Source of the DNA: an uncultured beta proteobacterium
GTDB taxonomy: Bacteria > Pseudomonadota > Gammaproteobacteria > Burkholderiales > SG8-39
Reading direction: 5' to 3'
Assembly: GCA_963754305.1 (NCBI GenBank)
Contig: CAVWFR010000047.1
Coordinates: 35,667 to 99,666 of the forward strand
Length of the DNA: 64,000 nucleotides
Both the position numbers and the translations under genes were made by a program. Below are positions 1 through 9,528 of this stretch, one piece after another (the stretch's first letter is position 1; the number at the start of each line of letters is the position of its first letter). Below the pieces are notes generated by a model. It searched no databases. It was not told the origin of the DNA and worked only from the letters and a program-made list of their open reading frames with translations.

Positions 1-330
1 TTCGCTGGAGACCGCAGTCCCTGATGGGACCGCGTCCGGCGTCGCCCGGTTCGGAGCCGGCGGTGCTTTCGCCGCCGGCGCGGGCGCTTTCGCCTCGGCC
101 GCATCGAGCAGGAGGATCGGGGAACCCTCCGATACCTTGTCGCCGATCTTGACCACCAGGCTCTTCACCGTGCCCGCGGACGGCGACGGAATTTCCATCG
201 TCGCCTTGTCGGACTCGAGGGTGACCAGCGACTGCTCGGGTGCGACCCTGTCCCCCGGCTTCACCAGGATCTCGATCACATCGACCGACTTGAAGTCGCC
301 GATATCCGGGACCTTGACTTCCATCGTCAT
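1..330 (-). CDS. lpdA: Dihydrolipoyl dehydrogenase (E3) with N-terminal lipoyl domain; 5' part only, runs off the window
   Basis: Not in the ORF track because it has no stop in the window. Reverse translation from ATG 328-330 gives [66 protein letters not shown]. That is a lipoyl domain (DKA lipoyl-Lys motif) followed by an Ala/Pro linker. Only the lipoyl domain and linker are visible. E3 identity is inferred from its position after aceE-aceF, as in Ralstonia pdhL and Neisseria lpdA. Confidence 0.7.
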   Translation of the reverse strand, partial: MTMEVKVPDIGDFKSVDVIEILVKPGDRVAPEQSLVTLESDKATMEIPSPSAGTVKSLVVKIGDKVSEGSPILLLDAAEAKAPAPAAKAPPAPNRATPDAVPSGTAVSSE

Positions 331-905
331 TGAACGCCTCGCTTCAGCTTGATCGTGTGCAGCTCGCAGGGCCCCGCCGAGCTGCGGTCGAACTCCACAC
401 CGGCCGCGACGCCCGCGCGCGCGACCTCCTCCGCGGTCTTGGCGCGGTCCCAGGCCGCGAACATCGCCCCCAGGGCGAAGTTGCGCCCGGACCCTACCGC
501 CCAGAAGCGGTCGTAATCGAACACCTCCCGGTAGGAGTAGATGCCGTAGATCCCGCTGTCGTTCGCGATCACCGCGGTGATCTGCGACGATTCGTACGGG
601 TCATCGTCCTCTTCCTTCGGGTTGAGGAAGGCTTGTTCCTTCAAGACCGGGTGCAGCTTGCGGAACGTCTCGAAGATCTCGCCGCGGCTGCCGAGCTTCA
701 CGTCGGTCCCCTTCCCCAGCACGTTCTCCAACACGAGGTGATGCGCCGAGCTGCCGCACACCCCGATGTACGAGAGGCCGATGCGTAGGATCTTGTCGTG
801 CACGCGCTTGTAGCTTTCCGGCAGCCGCGTGTCGCCGAAGGTGGTGAGCGAGTCGGCGGCGATCGCTACCTGGCCCGCCTTCTTGGCTACGACGATCGTA
901 GTCAT
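327..905 (-). CDS. Ntn-hydrolase / proteasome-beta (HslV-like) family protein of unknown role
   Basis: 192 aa. The N-terminus [23 protein letters not shown] aligns by eye with HslV TTIVSVRRNGHVVIAGDG..VKKV, with Thr directly after Met1. [14 protein letters not shown] (GSG) motif is present. The stop overlaps the next start codon (ATGA at 327-330). Confidence 0.6.
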   Translation of the reverse strand: MTTIVVAKKAGQVAIAADSLTTFGDTRLPESYKRVHDKILRIGLSYIGVCGSSAHHLVLENVLGKGTDVKLGSRGEIFETFRKLHPVLKEQAFLNPKEEDDDPYESSQITAVIANDSGIYGIYSYREVFDYDRFWAVGSGRNFALGAMFAAWDRAKTAEEVARAGVAAGVEFDRSSAGPCELHTIKLKRGVQ

Positions 906-920
906 GAAGGGAGGCGGACG

Positions 921-2618
921 TTACAGCATCACTCTGCGGAAGTCGGCGAGTATCTGCGCGAGATAGGTGTTGAACCGCGCCGCCGAGGCGCCGTCGATCA
1001 CGCGGTGATCCCACGACAGCGACAACGGCAGGATGAGCCGCGGCGCAAACGCCTTCCCGTCCCACACCGGCCGCGTCGCCGACCGACACACACCGAGGAT
1101 CGCCACCTCCGGCGCGTTGATGATCGGCGTGAAGTAGGTCCCGCCGATGCCGCCGAGACTAGAGATCGAGAACGTCCCGCCCTGCATGTCGCCGGGCTTG
1201 AGCTTGCCGTCGCGCGCGAGCTTGGCGAGATCGGAGGTCTCTCTTGCGATGTCGAACACGCCCTTCTTGTCGGCGTCCTTCACCACCGGCACGACGAGCC
1301 CGTTCGGGGTATCGGCGGCGAAGCCGATGTGCCAGTACTTCTTGAGGACGATCGATTCGCCGTCGGCGGCGAGCGAGCTGTTGAAATCGGGAAGCTTCTT
1401 CAGCGCCGCGACGCAAGCCTTGATCAGGAACGCGAGCATCGTGACCTTGATGCCTGATTTCTCGTTCTCCTTGTTGAGCTGCACCCGGAACGCTTCCAGA
1501 TCGGTGATGTCGGCGTCGTCGTGATTCGTGACGTGCGGGATGGTCACCCAGTTGCGGTGCAGGTTCGGACCGGAGATCTTCTTGATCCGCGGGAGCTGCA
1601 GCGTCTCGACCGGACCGTACTTCCCGAAGTCCACCTGCGGCCACGGCAGGAGGGTGATGCCGCCGACGCCGGCGCCCGGCGCGGCCGCGGGCGCGGCTCC
1701 GCGCGCGATCACGCCCTTCACGAACGCCTGGACATCGGTCTGCAGGATGCGGTTTTTTGGGCCGCTGCCCTTGACCCTCGCGAGCTCGACGCCGAGCTCG
1801 CGCGCGAACTTGCGCACCGACGGGCTTGCGTGCGGCTTGGAGCCGCCCGGCTCGGCCGGCGCGTCTGTCGCGACCGCCGGCGCACGCGGGGTCGTCGCGG
1901 CAGGGCTCGTCGCGGCGGGCGCCGGCAGCTCGGCTTTCGGCGCGGGCGCTGCAGTCGGCGCGGGCGCCGCGGCCTGGCCGGCTCCGGGCGCGCTCGCGTC
2001 GCCCGCCGCCTCCAGGACGAGAATCGGCGAGCCCTCGGCGACCTTGTCGCCGATCTTCAGGAGAATCTCCTTCACTTTGCCGGCCGCCGGCGACGGCACT
2101 TCCATCGTCGCCTTGTCCGACTCGAGAGTGACGAGCGATTGCTCGACCGTCACGGCGTCGCCGGGCTTCACGAGGATCTCGATCACGTCGACGCTCTTGA
2201 AATCCCCGATGTCGGGCACCGTGATCTGGCGCGTACCGCCGGCCACGGCGGGTACGGCCGGCGCAGGCGTCGCGGCAACCGGCGCGCTGGCGACCGGCGC
2301 GCTAGCGACCGGCGCGCTGGCGGCCGGTGACGGCGCGCGCTTCGCGTCGGCAGCCGCTGCCGCCGCCTTTGCCGCCTCGGCGGCTTCGAGCACGAGGATC
2401 GCGCTGCCTTCGGAGACCTTGTCGCCGACCTTGACGCGCACCTCCTTCACCACGCCGGCGGACGGCGACGGAATCTCCATCGTCGCCTTATCGCTCTCCA
2501 GCGTGACCAGCGACTGCTCCACCGCCACCGTGTCGCCCGGCTTCACGAGGATCTCGACCACGTCGACGCTCTTGAAGTCCCCGATGTCGGGGACGAAGAC
2601 TTCCTGCATGGCGCCCAT
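921..2618 (-). CDS. aceF: Dihydrolipoyllysine-residue acetyltransferase, PDH E2 (two lipoyl domains, PSBD, catalytic domain)
   Basis: Two [21 protein letters not shown] lipoyl domains. Also a peripheral subunit-binding motif ASPSVRKFARELGV and a C-terminal DHRVIDGA catalytic motif. An alternative start is ATG 2609 (MQEVFVPDIG). Confidence 0.95.
   Translation of the reverse strand: MGAMQEVFVPDIGDFKSVDVVEILVKPGDTVAVEQSLVTLESDKATMEIPSPSAGVVKEVRVKVGDKVSEGSAILVLEAAEAAKAAAAAADAKRAPSPAASAPVASAPVASAPVAATPAPAVPAVAGGTRQITVPDIGDFKSVDVIEILVKPGDAVTVEQSLVTLESDKATMEVPSPAAGKVKEILLKIGDKVAEGSPILVLEAAGDASAPGAGQAAAPAPTAAPAPKAELPAPAATSPAATTPRAPAVATDAPAEPGGSKPHASPSVRKFARELGVELARVKGSGPKNRILQTDVQAFVKGVIARGAAPAAAPGAGVGGITLLPWPQVDFGKYGPVETLQLPRIKKISGPNLHRNWVTIPHVTNHDDADITDLEAFRVQLNKENEKSGIKVTMLAFLIKACVAALKKLPDFNSSLAADGESIVLKKYWHIGFAADTPNGLVVPVVKDADKKGVFDIARETSDLAKLARDGKLKPGDMQGGTFSISSLGGIGGTYFTPIINAPEVAILGVCRSATRPVWDGKAFAPRLILPLSLSWDHRVIDGASAARFNTYLAQILADFRRVML
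2281..2325. repeat. 3 x 15-bp tandem repeat inside the aceF inter-domain linker
   Basis: ggcgcgctggcgacc / ggcgcgctagcgacc / ggcgcgctggcggcc. On the - strand it encodes (SAPVA)x3 in the Ala/Pro-rich linker. Confidence 0.9.
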
Positions 2619-2621
2619 GGC

Positions 2622-5312
2622 CTACACCGTCACCGGGTTCGGTTTCGCCGGATCGATGCCGTACTTCACGATCGCATCGGCCACCACGCCGGGCTTGACC
2701 GCGCCGTCGTCGGCGAGCGCCTTCAGGGCGGCAATCGTCACCCAATAGCGGTTCACCTCGAAGAAGTGGCGCAGCTTTTCGCGCGTATCGGAGCGGCCGA
2801 AGCCGTCGGTGCCGAGCACGCGGAAGGTCTTCCCGCGCGGCATGAACGGCCGGATTTGGTCGGCGAACGCCTTCATGTAGTCGGTCGACGCGACCACCGG
2901 GCCCTCGCGTCCCTCCAGTCGGCTCTCGACGTACGACTTTCGCGGCTTCTCGGTCGGATGCAGCATGCTCCAGCGGTCGGCGTCGAGGCCATCGCGGCGC
3001 AGCTCGTTGAAGCTCGGGCAGCTCCAGATGTCGGCGGCTACGCCCCATTCCTTCGCAAGTAGCTCGGCCGCCGCGATCACCTCGCGCAGGATCGTGCCCG
3101 AGCCCATGAGCTGGACGCGGTGCTTTGCCTTGCCGCCTTCCTTGAGAAGGTACATCCCTTTCAGGATCCCGGCCGCGGCGTCCTTGTCCACGGCATCCGT
3201 CATGGCCGGATGCAGGTAGTTCTCGTTCATGACGGTGATGTAGTAGAAGACGTCCTCCTGGTTCGACACCATGCGGCGCAGCCCGTCGTGGATGATCACC
3301 CCGACCTCGTACGCGAACGTCGGATCGTAGGAGATGCAGTTTGGTATCACCGACGACAGGATGTGGCTGTGCCCGTCCTCGTGCTGCAGGCCCTCGCCAT
3401 TCAGCGTCGTGCGGCCCGCGGTGCCGCCGAGGAGGAAGCCGCGCGCGCGCTGGTCGCCCGCCGCCCACGCCAGATCGCCGACGCGTTGCAGTCCGAACAT
3501 CGAATAGAAGATGTAGAAGGGCACGGTGAGGACGTTCGACACGCTGTAACTCGTTGCCGCGGCGATCCACGAACTGAACGCGCCCGCCTCGTTGATGCCC
3601 TCCTCGAGGATCTGACCCGCCTTGTCCTCGCGGTAGTACATCACCTGGTCCTTGTCCTGCGGGGTGTACTTCTGGCCTTCGGACGAGTAGATGCCCAGCT
3701 GCCGAAACATGCCCTCCATGCCGAAGGTGCGCGCCTCGTCCGGGACGATGGGCACCACGTGCTTGCCGAGGTTCTTGTCGCGCACGAGTGCGGTCAGCAC
3801 GCGGACGAACGCCATCGTCGTCGAGATCTCGCGCTCCTGGCCCTTCAGGACCTGCTCGAACGCCTCGAGCGGCGGGATCGACGGCACGGCATCGACCTTG
3901 CGGCGCCGCTGCGGGAGGTAGCCCCCTAGCGCCTTGCGGTGCTCGTGCAGGTACTTCATCTCGGGTGCGTCGGGCGCCGGGATGTAGAACGGCAGCGCCT
4001 CGATCTTGTCGTCGGGAATCGGGATGCTGAAGCGGTCGCGGAACCGGCGGATGGAGTCCATGTCCATCTTCTTCTGCTGGTGCGCGGTCATGCGGCCTTC
4101 GGCGATCCGTCCCATGCCGTAGCCCTTGATCGTCTTGGCGAGGATCACGGTCGGCTGGCCCTTGTGGTTCATCGCCCGGTGATAGGCGGCGTAGATCTTG
4201 TGCGGGTCGTGGCCACCGCGGTTGAGGCGCCAGATGTCCTCGTCGGTGAGACGCGACACCATCTCGAGCAGCTTGGGGTGCTTGCCGAAGAAGTGTTTGC
4301 GCACGAACGCGCCGTCGTTCGCTTTGAAGTTCTGGTATTCGCCGTCGACGGTCTCCTCCATGATCTGGAGCAGGATCCCTTCCTTGTCGCGAGCGAGCAG
4401 CGGGTCCCAGTACGAGCCCCAGACGAGCTTGATCACGTTCCAGCCCGCGCCGCGGAACTCGCCTTCGAGCTCCTGAATGATCTTGCCCGAGCCGCGCACC
4501 GGGCCGTCGAGCCGCTGCAGGTTGCAGTTGATGACGAAGATCAGGTTGTCGAGCTTCTCGCGCGAGGCCATCCCGATCGCGCCCAGCGACTCGGGCTCAT
4601 CGGTCTCGCCGTCGCCTAGAAACGCCCATACCTTGCGGTTCGCCGTGTCCGCGAGGCCACGCGCATGGAGATACTTCAGGTAGCGCGCCTGGTAGATCGC
4701 CTGGATCGGCCCCAGCCCCATCGACACCGTCGGGAACTGCCACACGTCGGGCATGAGCCACGGGTGCGGATACGAGGAAATGCCCTTGCCGTCGACCTCG
4801 CGGCGGAAGTTGAGCGCCCGCTCCTCGCTGAGACGCCCTTCGAGCATCATTCGCGCGTAGACACCCGGCGCGGAATGACCCTGGAAAAAGATGAGATCGC
4901 CCCCGTGATCGGCGCTGGGCGCATGCCAGAAGTGGTGCTGCCCCACCCCGATCAGCGTGCCGAGCGAGGCGAAGCTCGCGATGTGGCCGCCGAGGTCGCC
5001 TTCGCCCATGTTCGCCTTCGCGACCATCACCATCGCGTTCCACCGGCAGTACGAGCGGATGCGCTCCTCTAACGCGGCGTCGCCGGGCGAGCGCGCCTCC
5101 ATCTGCGACGGGATGGTGTTGATGTAGGCCGTGTTCGGGCTGTACGGGACGTGCGCGCCCGAGCGCCGCGCTTTGTCGATCAGCTTCTCGAGCAGGTAGT
5201 GAGCGCGCTCCGGACCCTCATGCTCGAGCACCGCTTCGAGCGCCTCCAGCCATTCCTGGGTCTCCAGCGTGTCGGGGTCGTTCGCGGCGTTGAAATCGGG
5301 GACGGCGGCCAT
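2622..5312 (-). CDS. aceE: Pyruvate dehydrogenase E1 component (homodimeric type)
   Basis: 896 aa with a typical AceE N-terminus (DPDTLETQEWLEALEAVLEHEGPERAHYLLEKLID) and a TPP motif region GDGETDEPES. It lies immediately upstream of aceF. Confidence 0.95.
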   Translation of the reverse strand: MAAVPDFNAANDPDTLETQEWLEALEAVLEHEGPERAHYLLEKLIDKARRSGAHVPYSPNTAYINTIPSQMEARSPGDAALEERIRSYCRWNAMVMVAKANMGEGDLGGHIASFASLGTLIGVGQHHFWHAPSADHGGDLIFFQGHSAPGVYARMMLEGRLSEERALNFRREVDGKGISSYPHPWLMPDVWQFPTVSMGLGPIQAIYQARYLKYLHARGLADTANRKVWAFLGDGETDEPESLGAIGMASREKLDNLIFVINCNLQRLDGPVRGSGKIIQELEGEFRGAGWNVIKLVWGSYWDPLLARDKEGILLQIMEETVDGEYQNFKANDGAFVRKHFFGKHPKLLEMVSRLTDEDIWRLNRGGHDPHKIYAAYHRAMNHKGQPTVILAKTIKGYGMGRIAEGRMTAHQQKKMDMDSIRRFRDRFSIPIPDDKIEALPFYIPAPDAPEMKYLHEHRKALGGYLPQRRRKVDAVPSIPPLEAFEQVLKGQEREISTTMAFVRVLTALVRDKNLGKHVVPIVPDEARTFGMEGMFRQLGIYSSEGQKYTPQDKDQVMYYREDKAGQILEEGINEAGAFSSWIAAATSYSVSNVLTVPFYIFYSMFGLQRVGDLAWAAGDQRARGFLLGGTAGRTTLNGEGLQHEDGHSHILSSVIPNCISYDPTFAYEVGVIIHDGLRRMVSNQEDVFYYITVMNENYLHPAMTDAVDKDAAAGILKGMYLLKEGGKAKHRVQLMGSGTILREVIAAAELLAKEWGVAADIWSCPSFNELRRDGLDADRWSMLHPTEKPRKSYVESRLEGREGPVVASTDYMKAFADQIRPFMPRGKTFRVLGTDGFGRSDTREKLRHFFEVNRYWVTIAALKALADDGAVKPGVVADAIVKYGIDPAKPNPVTV

Positions 5313-5607
5313 GATGGGGAGCCTCCTTCGGGTTCTCGCTCGCGGCTCGCACCGAGACGGCGCGGTGCGCGAGTTGTTGTCGTGGGGTGGGAGAGCTTAG
5401 TCCAGTGATTGTCAGGGTGGCAATTTCGCGCGCCGTCGGATCCAGCGGAGACGAACAGCAGCCAACGCCCCAGAGCGTAGTCATCCCGTCTTCCGGAACG
5501 TTCTTCCGCATAATACAAGTTGAGCCCACGGGCTCAAGGCCGGGGCTCGCACGGCGGGCCCTGCTACACTTTCCAGCGCCCCTCGTCCCACCCCATAACG
5601 CCCCCTC

Positions 5608-6459
5608 ATGAGCACCCGGATCATCGACGGCATCGCCTTGTCCGCGCGCGTCCGGGCCGAGCTCGCCGCCAGGGTCGAGCGGCTCGCGGCTCGCGGCCGG
5701 CGACCAGGGCTGGCGGCGATCGAGGTCGGCGACCAGCCAGCCTCGAAGATTTACGTGCGCAACAAGATCAAGGCCTGCACGGAGATCGGCCTTCACTCGG
5801 AGCACATCGCGCTTTCGGGCGCGACCGCGGAGGGCGCGCTGCTCGACGAGATCGGTCGGCTGAATGCAGACCCGCGCATCCACGGCATCCTCGTGCAGCT
5901 GCCGCTGCCGGGGCACGTGGCGGCGGAGCGGGTGCTCAAAGCGGTTACCCCCGCGAAGGATGTGGATTGCTTCCACCCCGAGAACGTGGGCCTGCTCGTG
6001 ACCGGTCATGCCCGGTTCATCCCCTGCACACCCGCCGGCGTGACGGCGATGCTGGAGGCAGAGGGCGTGAACCCCTGGGGACGGGAGGCGGTCGTCGTCG
6101 GCGGGAGCAACGTCGTCGGCAAACCAATGGCCGCACTCCTCTTGCAGCGCGGGGCCACCGTCACCATTTGCAACTCCAAGACGGTCGATCTCGCCGCCCA
6201 TACCGCGCGCGCGGACATCCTCGTCGTTGCGGTCGGCCGGGCGAAGCTGGTGACCGGAAGCATGATCAAACCCGGCGCTGTCGTGGTCGACGTCGGCATC
6301 AACCGCCTCCCCGACGGCAAACTGTCCGGCGACTGCGATTTCGCAAGCCTGCTTGGCGTGGCGTCGGCGGCAACCCCGGTGCCGGGCGGGGTCGGCCCGA
6401 TGACGATCGCGATGCTGCTCGCTAACACCGTGCGCGCGGCGGAGACGGCGGCGCCATGA
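5608..6459 (+). CDS. folD: Bifunctional methylenetetrahydrofolate dehydrogenase/cyclohydrolase
   Basis: 283 aa: [72 protein letters not shown]. Confidence 0.95.
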   Translation: MSTRIIDGIALSARVRAELAARVERLAARGRRPGLAAIEVGDQPASKIYVRNKIKACTEIGLHSEHIALSGATAEGALLDEIGRLNADPRIHGILVQLPLPGHVAAERVLKAVTPAKDVDCFHPENVGLLVTGHARFIPCTPAGVTAMLEAEGVNPWGREAVVVGGSNVVGKPMAALLLQRGATVTICNSKTVDLAAHTARADILVVAVGRAKLVTGSMIKPGAVVVDVGINRLPDGKLSGDCDFASLLGVASAATPVPGGVGPMTIAMLLANTVRAAETAAP

Positions 6460-6597
6460 CTTGCGCGCCTTCGAGCCGATCACCACGCGGCCGCGGGCTC
6501 GCCAGGCGGTGCGCAACGCACTACTCAGCCGACGCGTGCAGCGCGTCGCCCGCCGCGGCGCCGTGAGCGGCGCGGCGCGCTTTCCAGGAGACGAACC

Positions 6598-8736
6598 ATG
6601 CAGATGGACGCCAACCCGCTGCTCGATTTCTCGGGCCTGCCGCGCTTCTCGGCAATGAGGAGCGAGCACATCGCGCCCGCGATCGACGCGCTCCTCGCGG
6701 AGAACCGCGCGATCGTCGATCGTCTGACCGGTCCCGAGACACCGGCGACGTGGGCGGATTTCGCGCAGCCGCTCGAGGAGGCCGCCGAGCGGCTCGGGCG
6801 CGCCTGGGGCGTCGTGGGGCATCTGCACGCGGTGCTCGACTCGCCGGAGCTCCGGGATGCGTATAAAGCGAACCAGCCGAAGATGGTGCAGTACTGGACC
6901 GAGATCGGCCAGAACGTGCGGCTGTTCGAAAAGTACAAGGCGCTCCGCGCCTCGCCCGAGTTCGCCCGCCTCGCGCCGGCCCAGGCCCGGGTGGTCGACA
7001 ACGAGATCCGCGACTTCCGGCTTTCGGGCGCAGAACTCGAGCCCGACCAGAAGAAGCGCTACGCCGAGATTCAGGACGAAGCGGCGAAGCTCGGCACCAA
7101 GTTCTCGGAAGACGCCCTCGACTCGACCAACGCCTATGCGGTGTTCGTCGAGGACCGCACCGCCCTCGCCGGCATCCCGGAAGACGTGCTCGAACCGGCG
7201 CGTGCCGCCGCCGAAAAGGAGGGACGTCGCGGCTGGAAGCTCGTACTCCATGCGCCCTGCTTCGTGCCCGTCATGCAGTACGCGGAGAACCGCGCCTTGC
7301 GCGAGATTCTGTACCGCGGCTACGCGACCCGCGCCTCCGAGGAGTTCGGCGCCGCCTTCGCCACCGAGGCGGCGTTCGAGCGCCGCGCGAACGCGAGCGA
7401 CCCGGTCGCACAGCCGGCGGCGGAGACGATCGACGGCTGGAACAACACGCCGCTCATCGCACGCATGCTCGAGCTGCGCCGCGAGACGGCCGAGCTCCTC
7501 GGCTACTCGAGCTACGCCGAGCTGTCGCTGGTGCCGAAGATGGCCGAGACCCCCGCGCAAGTGCTTGCCTTCCTCGACCAACTCGCGGCCAAGGCCGCGC
7601 CGTACGCGCGGCGCGACTGGGCCGAGCTCACCGCGTTCGCGGCGAAGGAGCTCGGGCTAGCGGACCTCCAGGCCTACGACGTCGCGTTCGCAGCCGAGAA
7701 GCTGCGCGAGGCGCGCTACGCGTTCTCCGACCAGGAGGTCAAGCAGTACTTTCCGGAGCCGAAGGTGCTCGCGGGCATGTTCCGCCTGGTCGAAACGCTC
7801 TACGGCATCCGCATCGCCGAAGACGAGGCCGAGATCTGGCACCCGTCGGTGCGGTTCTTCCGCATCACCGATGCGGCCGGCACGCTCATCGGCCGGTTCT
7901 ACCTCGACCCGTTCGCGCGCGACACCAAGCGGAGCGGCGCGTGGATGGACGAGGCGATGACGCGCCGACTCACCCGCCAGGGCCTGCAGTCTCCGGTCGC
8001 CTACTTGGTGTGCAACTTCTCTGCCCCCGTCGGGGACAAGCCCGCGCTTCTCACCCACGACGACGTGTTGACGCTCTTCCACGAGTTCGGCCACGGCCTG
8101 CACCACTTGTTGACGCGCGTCGACTACCTGGGCGTTTCCGGCATCCGCGGCGTCGAATGGGACGCGGTGGAGCTGCCGAGCCAGTTCATGGAGAATTTCT
8201 GCTGGGAGTGGGAGGTGCTGCGGGACATGTCGGCGCACGTCGATACCGGCGAGACGCTCCCGCGCGCGCTCTACGACAAGATGATCGCGGCGAAGAACTT
8301 CGAGGCCGGGATGCAGACAGTGCGCCAGCTCGAGTTCGCGCTGTTCGACATGCATCTGCACTTCGACTTCGACCCGGCGGGCGCGAAGACGCCGCTCGCG
8401 CTGCTCGACGAGGTGCGTGCGCAGGTCGCGGTGTCGTTCCCGCCCGCGTACAGCCGCTTCGCGAACACCTTCTCGCACATTTTCGCCGGCGGCTACAGCG
8501 CGGGCTACTATAGCTACAAGTGGGCGGAGGTGCTCTCGGCCGATGCCTACAGCCTGTTCGAGGAGAACGGCGTGCTCGATCCGGCCACCGGGGCGAGGTT
8601 CCGCGACGAGATCCTCGCGGTCGGCGGCAGCCGCCCGGCGATCGAGTCGTTCAAGGCGTTCCGGGGCCGCGAGCCGACGGTCGACGCACTGCTGCGGCAC
8701 AGCGGGATGACCGCGGAGGCGGGCACCGCGGCCTGA
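6598..8736 (+). CDS. prlC: Oligopeptidase A (M3 family zinc metallopeptidase)
   Basis: 712 aa with the HEFGH zinc motif (LFHEFGHGLHHLL) and a typical length and C-terminus for PrlC/Dcp-type M3 peptidases. Confidence 0.9.
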   Translation: MQMDANPLLDFSGLPRFSAMRSEHIAPAIDALLAENRAIVDRLTGPETPATWADFAQPLEEAAERLGRAWGVVGHLHAVLDSPELRDAYKANQPKMVQYWTEIGQNVRLFEKYKALRASPEFARLAPAQARVVDNEIRDFRLSGAELEPDQKKRYAEIQDEAAKLGTKFSEDALDSTNAYAVFVEDRTALAGIPEDVLEPARAAAEKEGRRGWKLVLHAPCFVPVMQYAENRALREILYRGYATRASEEFGAAFATEAAFERRANASDPVAQPAAETIDGWNNTPLIARMLELRRETAELLGYSSYAELSLVPKMAETPAQVLAFLDQLAAKAAPYARRDWAELTAFAAKELGLADLQAYDVAFAAEKLREARYAFSDQEVKQYFPEPKVLAGMFRLVETLYGIRIAEDEAEIWHPSVRFFRITDAAGTLIGRFYLDPFARDTKRSGAWMDEAMTRRLTRQGLQSPVAYLVCNFSAPVGDKPALLTHDDVLTLFHEFGHGLHHLLTRVDYLGVSGIRGVEWDAVELPSQFMENFCWEWEVLRDMSAHVDTGETLPRALYDKMIAAKNFEAGMQTVRQLEFALFDMHLHFDFDPAGAKTPLALLDEVRAQVAVSFPPAYSRFANTFSHIFAGGYSAGYYSYKWAEVLSADAYSLFEENGVLDPATGARFRDEILAVGGSRPAIESFKAFRGREPTVDALLRHSGMTAEAGTAA

Positions 8737-8852
8737 GCGCCGTGCAATTTGCCGCATCGCGCGCCGCGGGGGCAAGCGCGCCCGGGAGTACGCCCGTGGA
8801 GCGGTGCTATCATGCCGACGTCATGTTTGCCGCAGGGACCGGGGGAGCCGTC

Positions 8853-9446
8853 ATGCCCAGACTCGTCATCGCCGCGATCCTGGCGCTCTGCGCCGCGAGC
8901 ACCAGCGCGCAGATGTATCGCTGGGTCGACAAGGACGGCAAGGTGAACTACACCGATAGCCCGCCGCCCGCCGCGGCGAAAAGCGCGCAGAAGCGCGTCC
9001 CCGCGCCGGCTGCCGCCGACACGGGGGCGGGCGCGGGAGCCCCGTACGCGGTCCAGCAGGCCGCCAAGAACTTCCCGGTCATCGTCTACACCGCGCCGAA
9101 CTGCGGCGCGCCCTGCACCGACGGCAAGGCGCTGCTCGTTAAGCGCGGCGTCCCTTATCGCGAGGTCGCGATCGGCAGCGAAGGCGGCGCGACGACCGAC
9201 GAACTGAAGCAAGCCACCGGCGGCGATACGGTACCAGTGCTGATGATCGGCAAGAACACGACGCGCGGATTCGAGACCGACATGTGGCACACTGCCCTCG
9301 ACTCCGCGGGCTACCCACGCAACGCGCCGCCGCTGACGGCTCAGGCGCAGAAGGCGACCGCGGCACCGGCGGCGAAGGCCGATACGCCGCCGCCGGCGAA
9401 GCCGGAGGCCGAAGAAAAACCGAAGGGTCGGTACGCACCACAGTAG
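8853..9446 (+). CDS. Secreted DUF4124 plus glutaredoxin-fold domain protein
   Basis: Signal peptide MPRLVIAAILALCAASTSAQ, DUF4124 signature MYRWVDKDGKVNYTDSPPP, then a Grx-like VIVYTAPNCGAPC..TVPVLMIGKNTTRGF. The longer track ORF from 8520 is an upstream extension overlapping prlC. Confidence 0.75.
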   Translation: MPRLVIAAILALCAASTSAQMYRWVDKDGKVNYTDSPPPAAAKSAQKRVPAPAAADTGAGAGAPYAVQQAAKNFPVIVYTAPNCGAPCTDGKALLVKRGVPYREVAIGSEGGATTDELKQATGGDTVPVLMIGKNTTRGFETDMWHTALDSAGYPRNAPPLTAQAQKATAAPAAKADTPPPAKPEAEEKPKGRYAPQ

Positions 9447-9528
9447 CCGTGCCTCCCGGCCCGTTCCATCGGGACCATCCTCTGGATGTTATGCGGGTCG
9501 CTAACCGTCCGTAGCACGCGACCGTCCT

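Noticed and set aside
5218-7581. A 787-aa ORF on the - strand spanning the aceE leader, folD and prlC. There are similar very long antisense ORFs at 19613-21496 (+), 20361-22985 (-), 38926-40533 (+), 41194-43101 (+), 43123-45306 (-), 46019-47389 (-) and 61702-63768 (-).
   Set aside because: Their composition is Arg/Gly/Ala/Pro-rich and low in complexity. They have no recognisable motifs, and each lies exactly opposite or out of frame to a gene with strong family signatures. Such open shadow frames are typical of high-GC DNA.
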